Below, piece after piece: positions 19,088 to 27,624 of a stretch of DNA of 64,000 nt. Under the pieces are notes generated by a model. That model was not told the origin of the DNA. It ran no database searches and worked only from the letters and a program-made list of their open reading frames with translations. The position numbers were made by a program, and so were the translations under genes. The stretch comes from an uncultured Lentisphaerota bacterium (lineage in GTDB: Bacteria > Verrucomicrobiota > Kiritimatiellia > CAIQIC01). The stretch's first letter is position 1; each line of letters starts with the position of its first letter. The stretch is taken from NCBI GenBank assembly GCA_903912445.1, contig CAIWHP010000191.1, positions 262 to 64,261 of the forward strand. The letters run 5' to 3'.

Positions 19088-20427
19088 ACATTAATCATGC
19101 CCGCCTCCTGGCGAGCGCGCTCGCGCTGCTGGCGACCGCCGCGCCGGGCGCGCCGGCGCCGCTGCCGCCGGCGGCGGCGCCCTATGCCCGGGTACGCTAT
19201 GCGCCATCGACCACAGCCGGTGAACTCGTCTATGGCGTCAGCTACACGGCTTGGCTGCCGCCGGGCGTGACGACGCTGCGCGGCGTGATCGTGCACCAGC
19301 ACGGCTGCGGCGAGGGCGCGTGCAAGGCGGGGCAGACGGCGGCCTTTGACCTGCACTGGCAGGCGCTGGCGCGCAAGCACGCCTGTGCGCTGCTGGGCCC
19401 CTCCTATGAGCAGCCGGAGAAGGCCGACTGCGGGCTATGGTGCGATCCGCGCAACGGCTCGGAGCAGAAATTCCTGCAGGCGCTCGACGAGCTGGCGGCC
19501 AAGAGCGGCCACCCGGAACTGGCGCGCGTGCCGTGGGCGCTGTGGGGCCACTCCGGCGGCGCGTGCTGGGTGGGCACCATGCTGATGCTGCAGCCCGACC
19601 GCGTGGTGGCCGCCTGGCTGCGCTCGGGCCTGCCGCGGTTCGTGCCGCGCGACGGTTCCAACCAGCCGCCGCTCGCGATCCCCGCCGCGGCCTACGCCGT
19701 GCCGGTGATGTGCAACCTCGGCGCCTTGGAAGGGGTGACGGTGACGACCGGTCGCTTTGCGCGCCTGTGGCAAGCCATTGAGCCGTTCTGCAAGGAGTTT
19801 CGCGCCACGGGCGGGCTCATCGGCGTGGCCATCGATCCCAACAGCAGCCACGACTGCGGCAACTCCCGCTACCTCGCCATCCCATGGCTCGATGCCTGCC
19901 TGGCCGCGCGCCTGCCGGACAAGGCCGGCGACGCGGCGCTGAAGCCGATGCCCACGGCCGGCGCGTGGCTCGCGCCTTTCCCCGGCGGCGTCGTGCAGCC
20001 TGCGGCGCAGTTCGCCGGCGATGCCAAGACGGCCGTGTGGCTGCCGAACGAGCGCGTGGCCAAAGCCTGGTACGAGTATATGAAGAACGGCAACGTGAGC
20101 GACCCCACCCCGCCGCCCGCGCCGACGCGGGTGCAGCTGGCCGGCAACGAGCTGACGTGGGACGCCGAGGCCGATCTCGAAAGCGGCCTCGCCGGCTTCA
20201 TCATCGCGCGTGACGGTGCGGAGCTCGCCCGCGTCCCGGCGAAGCCCGCCGGTTCCATCGGGCGGCGGATTTTCCAGCACAACGGCTACAGCGACACGCC
20301 CACGCCGCCGTTGGCCGCCATGCGCTTCACCGACGCTACCGCAACGCACAGTGCGAAACACCGCTACGAGGTGTTCGCGGTCAACAGCGCGGGCCTGAAA
20401 TCCAAGCCGGCCCAGGCGGCGCCATGA
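19084..20427 (+). CDS. Secreted alpha/beta-hydrolase (PHB-depolymerase/esterase-like) with a C-terminal Fn3-like domain
   Basis: Signal peptide. Nucleophile elbow 'WGHSGGA', after '[12 protein letters not shown]', resembles LpqC/PHB-depolymerase-type esterases. The C-terminal ~100 aa look like a beta-sandwich (Fn3-like). Confidence 0.55.
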   Translation: MNINHARLLASALALLATAAPGAPAPLPPAAAPYARVRYAPSTTAGELVYGVSYTAWLPPGVTTLRGVIVHQHGCGEGACKAGQTAAFDLHWQALARKHACALLGPSYEQPEKADCGLWCDPRNGSEQKFLQALDELAAKSGHPELARVPWALWGHSGGACWVGTMLMLQPDRVVAAWLRSGLPRFVPRDGSNQPPLAIPAAAYAVPVMCNLGALEGVTVTTGRFARLWQAIEPFCKEFRATGGLIGVAIDPNSSHDCGNSRYLAIPWLDACLAARLPDKAGDAALKPMPTAGAWLAPFPGGVVQPAAQFAGDAKTAVWLPNERVAKAWYEYMKNGNVSDPTPPPAPTRVQLAGNELTWDAEADLESGLAGFIIARDGAELARVPAKPAGSIGRRIFQHNGYSDTPTPPLAAMRFTDATATHSAKHRYEVFAVNSAGLKSKPAQAAP

Positions 20428-20519
20428 ACCCGGTCCGTCGCCGCGTCCGCATGGTCAAAAAACTGGGCAGGCGGCCAGGGACAGAATATGATGCCGCGGT
20501 TCAAGCATAGGAGCCACAT

Positions 20520-21875
20520 ATGTACACGAGGCGGATGGGTCGGGTGCTGATCTTGGCGGCGGCGGTGTGGGCGGCGACGGAGGCCGGGGCCTCGCAGAAG
20601 CGCGTGGCGACCGGCGAGGTCTTCCAGCTCGACACCGTCCTGGCGCGCGCGGATCTCTGGGCGGCGCCGCTGGAGGTGATCGGCCGTGACTTGAACGAGG
20701 GCGGCTTCTACTGGCTGGATGCCCAGAAGAACGCGCTGCGCGGCGGTGAGCGGGTCAAGCTCAGCTTCCTGAAGCAGGAGGTCTGGGAGGCGCAGCTCCA
20801 GCTGGCAAGCAACCGCGCCGCCCGCATGGACCTCTCGCTTTATAATCGCGGCGACGCGGGCGATCTGACCCCGGCCGCCTTCAACAGCCTGCTGGGCAGG
20901 ACGCAGGCCGCGCTCTCGAACTGGACCGGCGTCGCCGGCGCCATGCTGCCGGACCAGCCGGGCGCGATGCGCTCCAAGGTCCAGCGCATGGCGTGGCAGA
21001 AACCGCCGTCGCGCCTGGAACTGGAGTGGAGCTTCACCAAGCAGCAGATCGTCAAAGGCAAGCAGGTGGATTATCGCGCGGAGTTCATCCGGCTCAAGCT
21101 GCTGCCGGCCGCCGGCAGCAACGCGGCGCCGCCACGCGTTGGCGCGCCCGCCGCCGCCAAGGCCGGCCGCACCGCCGCCGAGCTCAAGACGCACGTGCGC
21201 ACCGAGGAGGGCGGCGATGTCTTCGTCGCCAACGTGCCGATGGTGGACCAGGGCGACAAGGGCTATTGCGCGGCCGCCGTCACGGCGCGCGTCATGCGCT
21301 ACTACGGCCTCGACTTCGACGAGCACCAGGCCGCGCAGGCCGCCGGCACCAAGAGCAAGGGCGGCACCAATTCCGGCAGCCTGATTGACGGGCTCAAGCA
21401 GATCGCCATCAAAAATTCCCTGCGCGTCGTCGTGCTGGACCAGGTGGAGATTCCGCGGCTGGTCACGGACTACAACCGCGTCGCTGCCACGGCCAAGAAG
21501 GGCAAGGTCAGCATGGGCACCGGGCATGTGATCGATGTGGACAAAATCTACGGCGATATGGAGGGCGAGCTGCTGCGCACCGTCCGCACCAAGCGCAAGG
21601 ACGAGGTCAACCGCTTCCGGACCGACATTCTCAAGAACATCGAGACCGGTATCCCGGTGATCTGGGGCGTCTATCTCGGCCTCGTACCGGAGAAGTTCCT
21701 GACGCCGCAGACCAAGGGCGGCCATATGCGGATGATCATCGGCCTCAACAAGAAGACCGACGAGGTACTTTTCTCCGACACGTGGGGCGCGGGCCATGAG
21801 CTCAAACGCATGAGTCTTTCGGACGCGGTGACGATCACGCGCGGCCTCTACGTCGTCAAGCCCAACAGCCTGTGA
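20520..21875 (+). CDS. Secreted papain-like (C39-like) cysteine peptidase domain protein
   Basis: Signal peptide MYTRRMGRVLILAAAVWAATEA. A candidate catalytic Cys in 'DKGYCAAAVTARVMRYYG' and His in 'GGHMRMIIGLN' fit a C39/papain-like arrangement. The amino-acid composition is realistic, unlike the overlapping antisense ORF 20364..21797. Confidence 0.5.
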   Translation: MYTRRMGRVLILAAAVWAATEAGASQKRVATGEVFQLDTVLARADLWAAPLEVIGRDLNEGGFYWLDAQKNALRGGERVKLSFLKQEVWEAQLQLASNRAARMDLSLYNRGDAGDLTPAAFNSLLGRTQAALSNWTGVAGAMLPDQPGAMRSKVQRMAWQKPPSRLELEWSFTKQQIVKGKQVDYRAEFIRLKLLPAAGSNAAPPRVGAPAAAKAGRTAAELKTHVRTEEGGDVFVANVPMVDQGDKGYCAAAVTARVMRYYGLDFDEHQAAQAAGTKSKGGTNSGSLIDGLKQIAIKNSLRVVVLDQVEIPRLVTDYNRVAATAKKGKVSMGTGHVIDVDKIYGDMEGELLRTVRTKRKDEVNRFRTDILKNIETGIPVIWGVYLGLVPEKFLTPQTKGGHMRMIIGLNKKTDEVLFSDTWGAGHELKRMSLSDAVTITRGLYVVKPNSL

Positions 21876-21904
21876 GGTCGTGCACGCAAGGAAAGGAACA
21901 CGCG

Positions 21905-22372
21905 ATGAAAACGATGAGCAAAATCAGTATCGGCTTGCTGGCTGTGATGCTGGCCGCGGTCGGCCTGCAGGCCGCAGAAAAAGTCGCCCCCGCGTCCAAG
22001 GAAAAAGCCGCGCCGATGCCGGGTGAATGGAAAATCACCTGCGTCGGTAAACAGGGCAACATGGGCCAGAAGGCCGAGGCCATGAACCAGAGCTTCATGC
22101 TGACCTTCCTCGCAAAGCCGGTCAAGGGCAAGGGGATCGAAGGCAAGCCGTTCGGCTTCGCCATCCTCAACTCGCACTATTCCGAAACCAAGCCCGGCGG
22201 CAACATCAGCTTCACGACCACCTATAAAATGATGAGCAACGTGCCCATCAGCTGGCGCGGCAAGCTCAGCGAGGACGGCACGCAGATCACCGACGGAAAA
22301 TATTCCTTCATGCTCGGCTCTGGCACCTTCACCGCCGAGAAAGTGGTCGCCGCCGCCAAGAAGGCCGAGTGA
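21905..22372 (+). CDS. Small secreted hypothetical protein
   Basis: Start at MKTMSKISIGLLAVMLAAVGLQA (signal peptide). The body is Lys-rich with coding-like composition, 155 aa. Confidence 0.5.
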   Translation: MKTMSKISIGLLAVMLAAVGLQAAEKVAPASKEKAAPMPGEWKITCVGKQGNMGQKAEAMNQSFMLTFLAKPVKGKGIEGKPFGFAILNSHYSETKPGGNISFTTTYKMMSNVPISWRGKLSEDGTQITDGKYSFMLGSGTFTAEKVVAAAKKAE

Positions 22373-22383
22373 CCGGAGTGGAC

Positions 22384-22400
22384 TTTCCAGGCATTGAAAA
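22384..22400. promoter_or_regulatory. Degenerate copy of the palindrome (TTTCCAGGCATTGAAAA) between convergent genes, next to the 3' end of the LacI-family gene
   Basis: Read directly. It has 2 mismatches to the 7-3-7 consensus. Confidence 0.4.
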
Positions 22401-22433
22401 AAACGGCGTGTATCCGCTCCACTCCTTTGAAAT

Positions 22434-23462
22434 CTAGCGCGTGGTTTCGCCCTGGTGCCAGATGCCGGGGATCAAAATCTGGCGGGGAATGGCGGGCAGG
22501 CCGAAGCGGCCGAGCTCGAGGGAGTTGATCACGGTTTCGATCGCCAGCGCCGCTAGCTGATTCTCGCGTTGAAAGATGCCTGAAAACTTGCTCGTTGGGC
22601 CCACGCCGTGAAACGCTAGGCTGATGTCTTGCGGCACGCGATAACCGAGCGACTCGACCAATTCCTTGACGACTGCCACCTGCGAGACGATGCAGTCCAC
22701 GCGGTACTTCTTGATCCAGCGCGCGAGTCGTCCTTTATCGGCCGGGCTTCCGCCTTCCAGCCAACACACAGGGAAAGCAGGATATTCGGGGTATAGGCTC
22801 GCGAACCGTTGCCGTGCTGTGGTCAGCGAATAGCCCACCTCGCTGTCTATCTTCCGCAGTGTCGCCACGCCGATATGACGATGACCACGCGTCATCAACG
22901 TTTCGAGCAACTTGACATTGTTGAGGTTGTCATCGGCATCCACGATATCCAGTTTCGAATCCGCGGGCAGCGAGCCGCTGTGTACGACCGCATAATGGTT
23001 CCAGTTCCAAGGCCAGTCGGCGACGTTGAACGGTCCGAAAATCTGCAGGATCACACCCTGGATGCCACGCGCGCGGAGCGTGCGGGCCAGTCGGGGCGCG
23101 TCCGCGGCCTTGACGCTTGTGAAGATATCCAGCTTGAACCCCAGTGCTGCGGCGCTTGCCGTAGCGTGCCGCCTATAATAGTCATGCACCATCTTGTCTT
23201 CGGGGTTGGCGAGGTTGTGGTCGGTAAGCCACGCCAGCGTGCCCCGATGCGTGCGGTGTTGCACGCCGCGCAGGTGCGTCATCAGTGCGGAGAGTTTCGC
23301 GTCGCGGCGATAACCTAGTTTTTGCGCCGTCCGGCGCACGCACTGGCGGACGGCGGCGCTGATGCGTACGTCGTTGCGCAAGGCGCGCGACACCGTGGCG
23401 TGGGAAACGCCCGCCTGCCGGGCGAGCTCCCGCATCGTGCATCTGGGGGGTGGTTTTTTCAT
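22434..23462 (-). CDS. LacI-family transcriptional regulator
   Basis: N-terminal HTH 'MRELARQAGVSHATVSRALRN' followed by a periplasmic-binding-protein-like sugar-binding fold. The start is either 23462 (MKKPPP...) or 23435 (MRELARQ). Confidence 0.85.
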   Translation of the reverse strand: MKKPPPRCTMRELARQAGVSHATVSRALRNDVRISAAVRQCVRRTAQKLGYRRDAKLSALMTHLRGVQHRTHRGTLAWLTDHNLANPEDKMVHDYYRRHATASAAALGFKLDIFTSVKAADAPRLARTLRARGIQGVILQIFGPFNVADWPWNWNHYAVVHSGSLPADSKLDIVDADDNLNNVKLLETLMTRGHRHIGVATLRKIDSEVGYSLTTARQRFASLYPEYPAFPVCWLEGGSPADKGRLARWIKKYRVDCIVSQVAVVKELVESLGYRVPQDISLAFHGVGPTSKFSGIFQRENQLAALAIETVINSLELGRFGLPAIPRQILIPGIWHQGETTR

Positions 23463-23553
23463 GCAACGGGTGCACAGCATAGCTCTTGACGGTGGCCGGG
23501 CAAGCCCATTTAATCGCGGGCGCGGAAGCTTTGCCACCCGCTGAAAGGACCAC

Positions 23554-24417
23554 ATGCACACGAACCTGTGGGTGATGGGCGCGATCAGCCTCTGGCTGAC
23601 GGGCTGCGTGCCCTCGTTGCAGCCGCTCTACACGGACAAGGACGTGGTCTTCGACCGCACGTTGCTTGGCACGTGGAGCCAGACCAACCGGGAGGACCGC
23701 TGGGTGTTCGTCGCCGAGGGAAAGAACGCCTACAAGCTGGTTCACACCGACAAGCAGGGCACGGCCGAGTTCACCGCGCATCTGGTGAACGTGCAGGGCC
23801 AGCGCTATCTCGACCTTTTCCCCAAGGATGTGGGTGCAAAATTGAATGAGCTGGCGATCTGTACCTTGATCCCTGGCCACCTGTTCCTGTGGGTCAAGGA
23901 TGTTGGCGCCGAGCTGCAACTGGCGCTGATCAGCGGCCAGAAGCTGGACAAGTTGCTCAACGCACAGCCGAAGCTGGTGCTGCACAACCGGCTTAACGAT
24001 GGACTGGTCCTGACCGCCCCGACGGCCGACCTGCAGCAGCTCTTCGCCCGCCTTGGGCCCGACGCCCTGTTCAACCCGCCCACCCGGCTGCTAAAGGAGC
24101 AATACGTAGTTCTCCAGCAATGGCTGGCTGCCTTGGACAAGGAAGATTATGCGAACTATACGAACTGCTTGCACTCGAACGCTCGAAAAATTCCTGAACA
24201 CGGCACCCGGGAGGCCATGCACTTCTGGGCGCGACAAATCAGCAGGCTGAAAAAGGATGGTTTTGAAGGTGTCTTCAAACTGGTGCCGTTCACTGGTCAA
24301 TCCCGTTTTCCGCCAGGCTCTATGCTGGCTTATCCGGTTGTCAAAGGCGCGGCCCTGAAAGAGCATCTGGTGCTGATGCAGGAGCAGGACGAATGGAAGA
24401 TCGTCCAGATATTCTAA
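23554..24417 (+). CDS. Hypothetical lipoprotein
   Basis: 'LWLTGC' lipobox after a hydrophobic N-terminus; 287 aa; no recognisable domain. Confidence 0.5.
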   Translation: MHTNLWVMGAISLWLTGCVPSLQPLYTDKDVVFDRTLLGTWSQTNREDRWVFVAEGKNAYKLVHTDKQGTAEFTAHLVNVQGQRYLDLFPKDVGAKLNELAICTLIPGHLFLWVKDVGAELQLALISGQKLDKLLNAQPKLVLHNRLNDGLVLTAPTADLQQLFARLGPDALFNPPTRLLKEQYVVLQQWLAALDKEDYANYTNCLHSNARKIPEHGTREAMHFWARQISRLKKDGFEGVFKLVPFTGQSRFPPGSMLAYPVVKGAALKEHLVLMQEQDEWKIVQIF

Positions 24418-24425
24418 AATCAACC

Positions 24426-25748
24426 ATGAACATGTTTGGTGAACGGGTTGTGGTCTGGTCGATGGTGCTGCTGATGACTAGCGGCAGCGTGGGCGCGGAC
24501 GTGCTGGAGTTTCGCGATGGCGAGGTCTGGCGCGGTACCCTGCTGGGCATGGAGGCTGGCGGCGTGCGCTGGCAGCACAAGGCCAGCCGCGAGCCGATCG
24601 CGGTGATCCCGCAGCAGGTCGGCGTCATCCGCCTGCAACGCGCCGCCGCCGCGACGTTGCCGAGGAGCAACTGCCGGCTCATTCTCGCGAACGGCGACGA
24701 AATCGCGGGTACGTTCGCCGGTCTCGATGAGCGGGAAGCGAAGGTGCTTTCCAATTTCGCCGGCAGCTTGACCGTTCCACGTACGGCCCTGCGCGCGCTG
24801 GTGTTGAGCGGGGAGCGCAAAATGCTGTTCGAAAATCCGCCGGGGCTGGAGGGTTGGACTATCACCGATCAGCAGGGCAAGCCTTCGCGCACGGTGTGGG
24901 TCTTTCGGGACGGCGCCTTCGTTGCGCGGAGCTGCGGTTTTCTTGGGCGCGAGGTGCAACTGCCGCCGGTGGCGTGCATCGAGTTCGACCTGGAGCTGAC
25001 CGAGCGTTCGGTGTTAATCGTGCAGTTCTACGCGGACGATCTGCACCGTTTTTATGGTAGCCACAGCCTGGGTTTGGAATTCAACATGCCGGCCAAGATC
25101 GTCTTGTTGCGACAGACCGATGGCCCCAACAGCGCCATGGCGGATTTGATGCAGGAATTGACGCCGTGGCTGTTCGCGGCCTCCAAGGGAAACCCCGTCC
25201 ATGTCGCCATCCGCACGGACCGGGTCAACAAAACCGTGGCCCTCCATGGCAACGGTCGGTTGATCAAGAAATGGAAAGTGACCCGCGGCAGTTTTGCTGG
25301 AGGCTCCGGGCTGGTTTTTGGGCAGCAGCAGGATTACATCGGCATCAGCCGGCTCCAGCTTTTCGAGCAGGCGGGACCGGAGGAGCCGACGGTAGCCGAG
25401 CTGAACGCCACTGCCACCAGCGATGGCGCCGTCTTGCAGAATGGCGATCGCCTCTCCGGGCGTGTGGGAGCTGTGCGCGCTGGCGTGTTGAACTTCCAGA
25501 TGGCGGAGCGCGAGCTACAGCTCCCCGTGGAACGCCTCCACTGGCTGCACTATGCCGCGCCCCCGCCGCCGGCCGCGCCGACCAACGCCGTGCAGCTCGT
25601 CTCGCACCGCTACGGCCGGCTCACGCTGGAGGTGGAGCGCTGGAGCGCGCAGCAGATTCGCGGACGCCATCCCTTGCTCGGCGCGCTGCAGCTCGACGCG
25701 TCCGCTTTCGATGCTGTGGAGTTTCCCCATGCCACAACCCGCCCATGA
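24426..25748 (+). CDS. Hypothetical secreted protein
   Basis: Start at MNMFGERVVVWSMVLLMTSGSVGA (signal peptide); 440 aa; no recognisable domain. Confidence 0.5.
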   Translation: MNMFGERVVVWSMVLLMTSGSVGADVLEFRDGEVWRGTLLGMEAGGVRWQHKASREPIAVIPQQVGVIRLQRAAAATLPRSNCRLILANGDEIAGTFAGLDEREAKVLSNFAGSLTVPRTALRALVLSGERKMLFENPPGLEGWTITDQQGKPSRTVWVFRDGAFVARSCGFLGREVQLPPVACIEFDLELTERSVLIVQFYADDLHRFYGSHSLGLEFNMPAKIVLLRQTDGPNSAMADLMQELTPWLFAASKGNPVHVAIRTDRVNKTVALHGNGRLIKKWKVTRGSFAGGSGLVFGQQQDYIGISRLQLFEQAGPEEPTVAELNATATSDGAVLQNGDRLSGRVGAVRAGVLNFQMAERELQLPVERLHWLHYAAPPPPAAPTNAVQLVSHRYGRLTLEVERWSAQQIRGRHPLLGALQLDASAFDAVEFPHATTRP

Positions 25749-25765
25749 TGTCCAAGCCTTGGAAA
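25749..25765. promoter_or_regulatory. Single near-consensus palindrome TGTCCAAGCCTTGGAAA, ending ~15 nt before the start codon at 25780 and directly 5' of an AAGGA Shine-Dalgarno-like sequence
   Basis: Read directly. It has one mismatch in the left half-site. Confidence 0.55.
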
Positions 25766-25779
25766 AGGATGAGAGCGCT

Positions 25780-26571
25780 ATGAAAAAATTCATCGTCAGC
25801 ATCGCCGGTTGCCTCGTGTTGGCCGTCGGCAGCGCCGCGGGCGCGGGGTCGCTCGCGGTGGATATGGTCATCCGGCTGGAAGGCGCGCCGGCTGATGGCC
25901 TCTGGGAGCAGCGCGACGCGCGGCTCGCGATCAAGGTGCGGCAGGTGACGCCGGGCGTCTTTGACGCGCAGGTGGAGAGCGTCGGCGGCGAGGCGCGGCA
26001 GTCGCTGCATACGCGGGTGAAAGTGGCGCCCGGGGGCAAGGCGTTGCTGGGCGGGCTGCTGAACCGGAAAATATTTTTGGAGACGCCACCCGTTGCGGGC
26101 GCGGCGCAAGCTGCGACCGGGGCGGATATGGAACGGATGCTCCAGGCCTTTGGCATGGCCAAACCCGGCAACGCGAAGCAGGCGGAACTGCAAGCCGCCA
26201 TCCAAGCGCGCGACGCCGCGAAGGTCACGGACCTGGTCATCACGCAAGGCGTCAATCCCAACATCGCGCTGCCCGACGGCAGCCGGCTGGCGCATCGGCT
26301 GGTCACGGAGAACTCCGCCGATCTGCGCATGCTGGAAATCGTCCTGCGCGAGGCCAACCCGAATCTCGGCGACCAACACGAGCGTACGATCACCGAACTC
26401 GCCATCGTGCAGGGCAATTTGCCCGCGCTGAAAATCATCCTCGCGCGCCGGCCGAATCTGCGCCTGAAAAGCAGCGCCGGCCTCCCGCTGGAAATGCTCG
26501 GCGTAAACTCCACCAACGCCGCCATCGCCGCGCTGTTCAAGACCATCATGACCGGGGGCAAGGCGCCGTGA
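25780..26571 (+). CDS. Lipoprotein with ankyrin-like repeats, ending in the conserved tail ...AIAALFKTIMTGGKAP
   Basis: Signal/lipobox 'SIAGC'. Repeated helical units (LVTENSADLRMLEIVLREANPNLGD..ELAIVQGNLPALKIILARRPNL) are ankyrin-like. The last 51 nt form conserved element copy 1. Confidence 0.55.
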   Translation: MKKFIVSIAGCLVLAVGSAAGAGSLAVDMVIRLEGAPADGLWEQRDARLAIKVRQVTPGVFDAQVESVGGEARQSLHTRVKVAPGGKALLGGLLNRKIFLETPPVAGAAQAATGADMERMLQAFGMAKPGNAKQAELQAAIQARDAAKVTDLVITQGVNPNIALPDGSRLAHRLVTENSADLRMLEIVLREANPNLGDQHERTITELAIVQGNLPALKIILARRPNLRLKSSAGLPLEMLGVNSTNAAIAALFKTIMTGGKAP

Positions 26572-26601
26572 CGATTCAATCAAGAAAGGAAGGATAGCAA
26601 C

Positions 26602-27015
26602 ATGCAGTCGATGCTTATGATAATGCTGGTGGTGGTCCTGAATCTGATCCCCAAGGAGGTCTCGATGTTTACCATGGAGATGAACAAGGGAGATGTTATG
26701 CGGTATGCAAAACAAGAGGATGGTGGTTGGAGCCTCGTGCAGCCGCAGTCCAAATCGAATCCAACTTTCCATGTGGCCGGAACAAAGCTGACCGTCAAAG
26801 CCGATGACAGAGCGCAAACATTGGATCTGGCCAAGATACTTGGGGTTGGCGAAAATGCGGACTGGCACAAATTGAAACAGACCCAAACGGGAACACTCCC
26901 GCTGCAGATTGAAGGAAAGACGAACGGGGTTGACTTCATTCTGCAAGCGAAGAAGGGGGCAGAAAGCGTTTCCCAAGTCATCAATGTACGTTGGCAGGGG
27001 AAAGAGACTAAATGA
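26602..27015 (+). CDS. Small AT-rich hypothetical protein (137 aa). The conserved 3' tail follows in the -1 frame (27012..27089, MSLPHAFKVAIAALFKDIMPGGKVP).
   Basis: ORF 26602..27015 with a hydrophobic N-terminus and clearly lower GC than the flanks. The conserved ~50-nt element lies immediately after its stop and is out of frame. Confidence 0.4.
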   Translation: MQSMLMIMLVVVLNLIPKEVSMFTMEMNKGDVMRYAKQEDGGWSLVQPQSKSNPTFHVAGTKLTVKADDRAQTLDLAKILGVGENADWHKLKQTQTGTLPLQIEGKTNGVDFILQAKKGAESVSQVINVRWQGKETK

Positions 27016-27090
27016 GTTTGCCGCACGCATTCAAAGTCGCCATAGCCGCGTTGTTCAAGGACATCATGCCCGGAGGCAAGGTGCCGTGAA

Positions 27091-27549
27091 ATGCCGGAGA
27101 AGATGGGGAGGCGGCCTGTGGTGCTGATGAGAGTGGAAGGCATCCTGCGTATCTGCCTGGGTGTGTTGCTTGGCATGGTGGGCGGAGGTATCTGGGCCTA
27201 TCAAGGCGGCACGGGTCCCGCGCTCTGCGCCAGCGGCGGCGCGCTCTGTTTCGCAACCGGCGTGACGGTGTTGCTGGTGCAAACACGCAGCGCCGGCCTG
27301 CTCTGCGCCGGGGTGGCGGCCGTCGGCTACGGACTGCTGTGGGCTGCCGCAGTCCTGCTTTGGAGGGAGCTGGCCTATGACAAAGCCGGCCACTACCTCG
27401 CCTATATCACCATGACCATCGCCAGAATGGTTTCGCTGGTCATGATGGTTGTGCTGATGTGCGCCTCGGCGCTCTGGCTGGCCACCACGTTGCGCCTCTC
27501 CGCTCAACGGAGGCCGCAGGCCCTGACGGACTTTTCAAGGCGCTCATGA
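27091..27549 (+). CDS. Small integral membrane protein (4 predicted TM helices). The conserved 3' tail (..LFKALMTGGQAP*) is encoded in the -1 frame, ending at 27569.
   Basis: ORF 27091..27549. The hydrophobic segments LRICLGVLLGMVGGGIWAY, ALCFATGVTVLLV, GLLCAGVAAVGYGLLWAAAVLLW and MVSLVMMVVLMCASALWLA are read as TM helices. The ATG comes one nt after the stop of the preceding tail ORF. Confidence 0.45.
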   Translation: MPEKMGRRPVVLMRVEGILRICLGVLLGMVGGGIWAYQGGTGPALCASGGALCFATGVTVLLVQTRSAGLLCAGVAAVGYGLLWAAAVLLWRELAYDKAGHYLAYITMTIARMVSLVMMVVLMCASALWLATTLRLSAQRRPQALTDFSRRS

Positions 27550-27624
27550 CCGGAGGGCAAGCGCCGTGACGAACGATGCGGAGATCACTATCATGTGCCG
27601 GGAAAACTGATCAGAAAGGATCCT

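Larger units (their letters stand above)
26521..27569 (+). repeat. Three copies of a ~51-nt conserved 3'-terminal element (26521-26571, 27039-27089, 27519-27569): GCCATCGCCGCGCTGTTCAAGACCATCATGACCGGGGGCAAGGCGCCGTGA and variants. Each one terminates one of three consecutive, otherwise unrelated, small genes.
   Basis: Direct alignment of the three copies: gccatcgccgcgctgttcaagaccatcatgaccgggggcaaggcgccgtga / gccatagccgcgttgttcaaggacatcatgcccggaggcaaggtgccgtga / gccctgacggacttttcaaggcgctcatgaccggagggcaagcgccgtga. The element is in frame only in the first gene. Confidence 0.65.

Noticed and set aside
20364-21797. 477-aa minus-strand ORF
   Set aside because: It is antisense to the 20520..21875 gene, which has a signal peptide, a Lys-rich realistic composition and a Cys/His peptidase-like arrangement.
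27012-27089. Programmed -1 ribosomal frameshift joining gene B to its conserved tail
   Set aside because: The -1 frame has a TAA immediately before the tail ATG, and no slippery heptamer or downstream structure is evident. Decay, a sequencing error or a DNA-level element are more likely.
26521-27569. Integron attC interpretation of the conserved 3' elements
   Set aside because: No RYYYAAC/GTTRRRY inverse-core and core sites, no imperfect-palindrome attC architecture, and no integron integrase in the window. It is kept only as a loose analogy.
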